A stretch of 38,171 nucleotides of DNA from a virus. Where the stretch lies: IMG/VR virus record IMGVR_UViG_3300034069_001889, positions 77,723 through 115,893 of that record; one strand, written 5' to 3'. Made by a program: the position numbers and the translations under genes. A model generated the notes under the pieces. The model was not told the origin of the DNA. It saw only the letters and a program-made list of their open reading frames with translations, and made no database searches. Positions 37,001-38,171 of this stretch are shown one piece after another. Each line of letters starts with the position of its first letter. Positions within the stretch are counted from its first letter, which is position 1.

Positions 37001-38171
37001 ACGGGCCGACTTTCTTAAACTCGCCAAAGATCACCAAGAAAACTTCGGCAAGATCAAGGCCCTGGAGGCCGAGCTGTGGTTTGCGCGGAAGTATTTGGCG
37101 CTTTACCAATACATCGGCAGCACCCTGCTGGCCGCGCTCGGCTGCGTCGACGACGATCTTAAAATGCTGCCCGAAGATTACGATGACATCCGCAGATACG
37201 TCAGCGATTCCCACAAAGCGTGGAATATTGCCGAAAATTTACGCATGCGTTTTCGGGAAGGAAAAGACGACGCGAAGACGTACCATTACTTAAGCTGTAT
37301 CTCGACGCCCGAATCATGGACGGAGAGCTTTGAAAAAAGGGGCATTTATGAATGACGACGACGATGATCTCGACTACATCTCCTTGCCTCCCTTGAGTAC
37401 CCAATTTTTTCGCTACGTGCCGCTTAAAAAATTTGAAGACGAAAAAGAGCGCGGGGCAGCTTTAATCAAAGCCATGAAAAAGGCGCGCGATCTCCTCTGG
37501 TACCGCGACGCAGAAGCGTACGGCGTTCTTGACGAAGCAATCAAAGCTTACGAATCTTGAGGGATGACCGAAAACGAACAGCGCATCTTCGATTGGCAAA
37601 CCGGCGAGCTCGTGGGCACCCAGAAACTCTTTGCCGACCAGCGGCAAAAGTATTTGAAGCTCGTCGAAGCTGCTCAAGACTTCATCAATAAGACCCAGGA
37701 AGAATCAAAGAAACACGGCCACAACCGCATGTTCGCGCCCGACGAATACGTAGAGCTTCTTAAGGCCGTCAACGAGGCGTGGCGATGACCGACTCGGAAA
37801 AAGACGCCCTCATCTTGCGTCAGCAGCACGAAATCCAGATTCTCAAAAACGCGCGTGACGACCGCACTGAAGCCCTCTTTAGAGAGCGCATGGCCGAGGC
37901 CAAGGTCGTCCAGACGAACGTCCAGTTCATCGCCATGAAGTCCCTGCTAAAGCAGTACTTGGCCGAGTGCGAAAGTCCCGTGCCGGACCTTTTGTACCGC
38001 ACCAACTTGAGAAAACGATTGGCGACTTTGCTCGCGCAGTGCGAGGCTGGGGCATGACGAACAACACGAATTTCTGGGATGTCTGCTGCGTTTTCTTTTA
38101 CCTCCTCTTCGTCTTCGGGAGCGGGGCCGGGGTGTGTTACCTCATCGACCGCTGCGGGTGGTCGGAGTGGA
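34068..38171 (+). CDS. Train of about 17 small coupled ORFs (34068-34310, 34307-34516, 34503-34880, 34877-35113, 35103-35444, 35441-35533, 35530-36003, 36000-36251, 36244-36525, 36522-36665, 36662-36997, 36987-37355, 37348-37560, 37564-37788, 37785-38057, 38054->end)
   Basis: Nearly all are joined by ATGA/GTGA or short overlaps. Several share an ERARSAKLLEAL-like helix. Confidence 0.7.

Overview
This window is part of a large tailed-phage genome (standard genetic code, no integrase seen). 1-5891 (minus strand) is a tail module: a partial baseplate-hub-like gene, a tape measure protein and a tail-assembly-chaperone pair joined by a -1 frameshift. 5937-15778 is a replication module: SNF2 helicase, AEP primase-helicase fusion, DinG/XPD-like helicase and a Fis-like HTH protein. 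15.8-27.4 kb is accessory: an antirepressor cassette, Acb2/Tad1-like proteins, metallophosphoesterase, thermonuclease, glycosyltransferase and a papain-like protease. 27.4-31.2 kb is an RNA island with 8 tRNAs, a tmRNA and rtcB. 31.2-38.2 kb is a train of small ORFs including an RNA ligase and a modular paralog family. The most striking unexplained signal is a set of about 100-230 nt structured noncoding elements (17951-18082, 18720-18859, 27427-27606, 30108-30335, 30429-30525, 30590-30814). All have paired 5'/3' ends, four carry a T-arm-like 3' hairpin with a GCGC loop, and several share sequence modules in shuffled order. Four sit among the tRNAs and rtcB. I do not recognise them as a known RNA family. 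All calls were made by eye; no searches were run.
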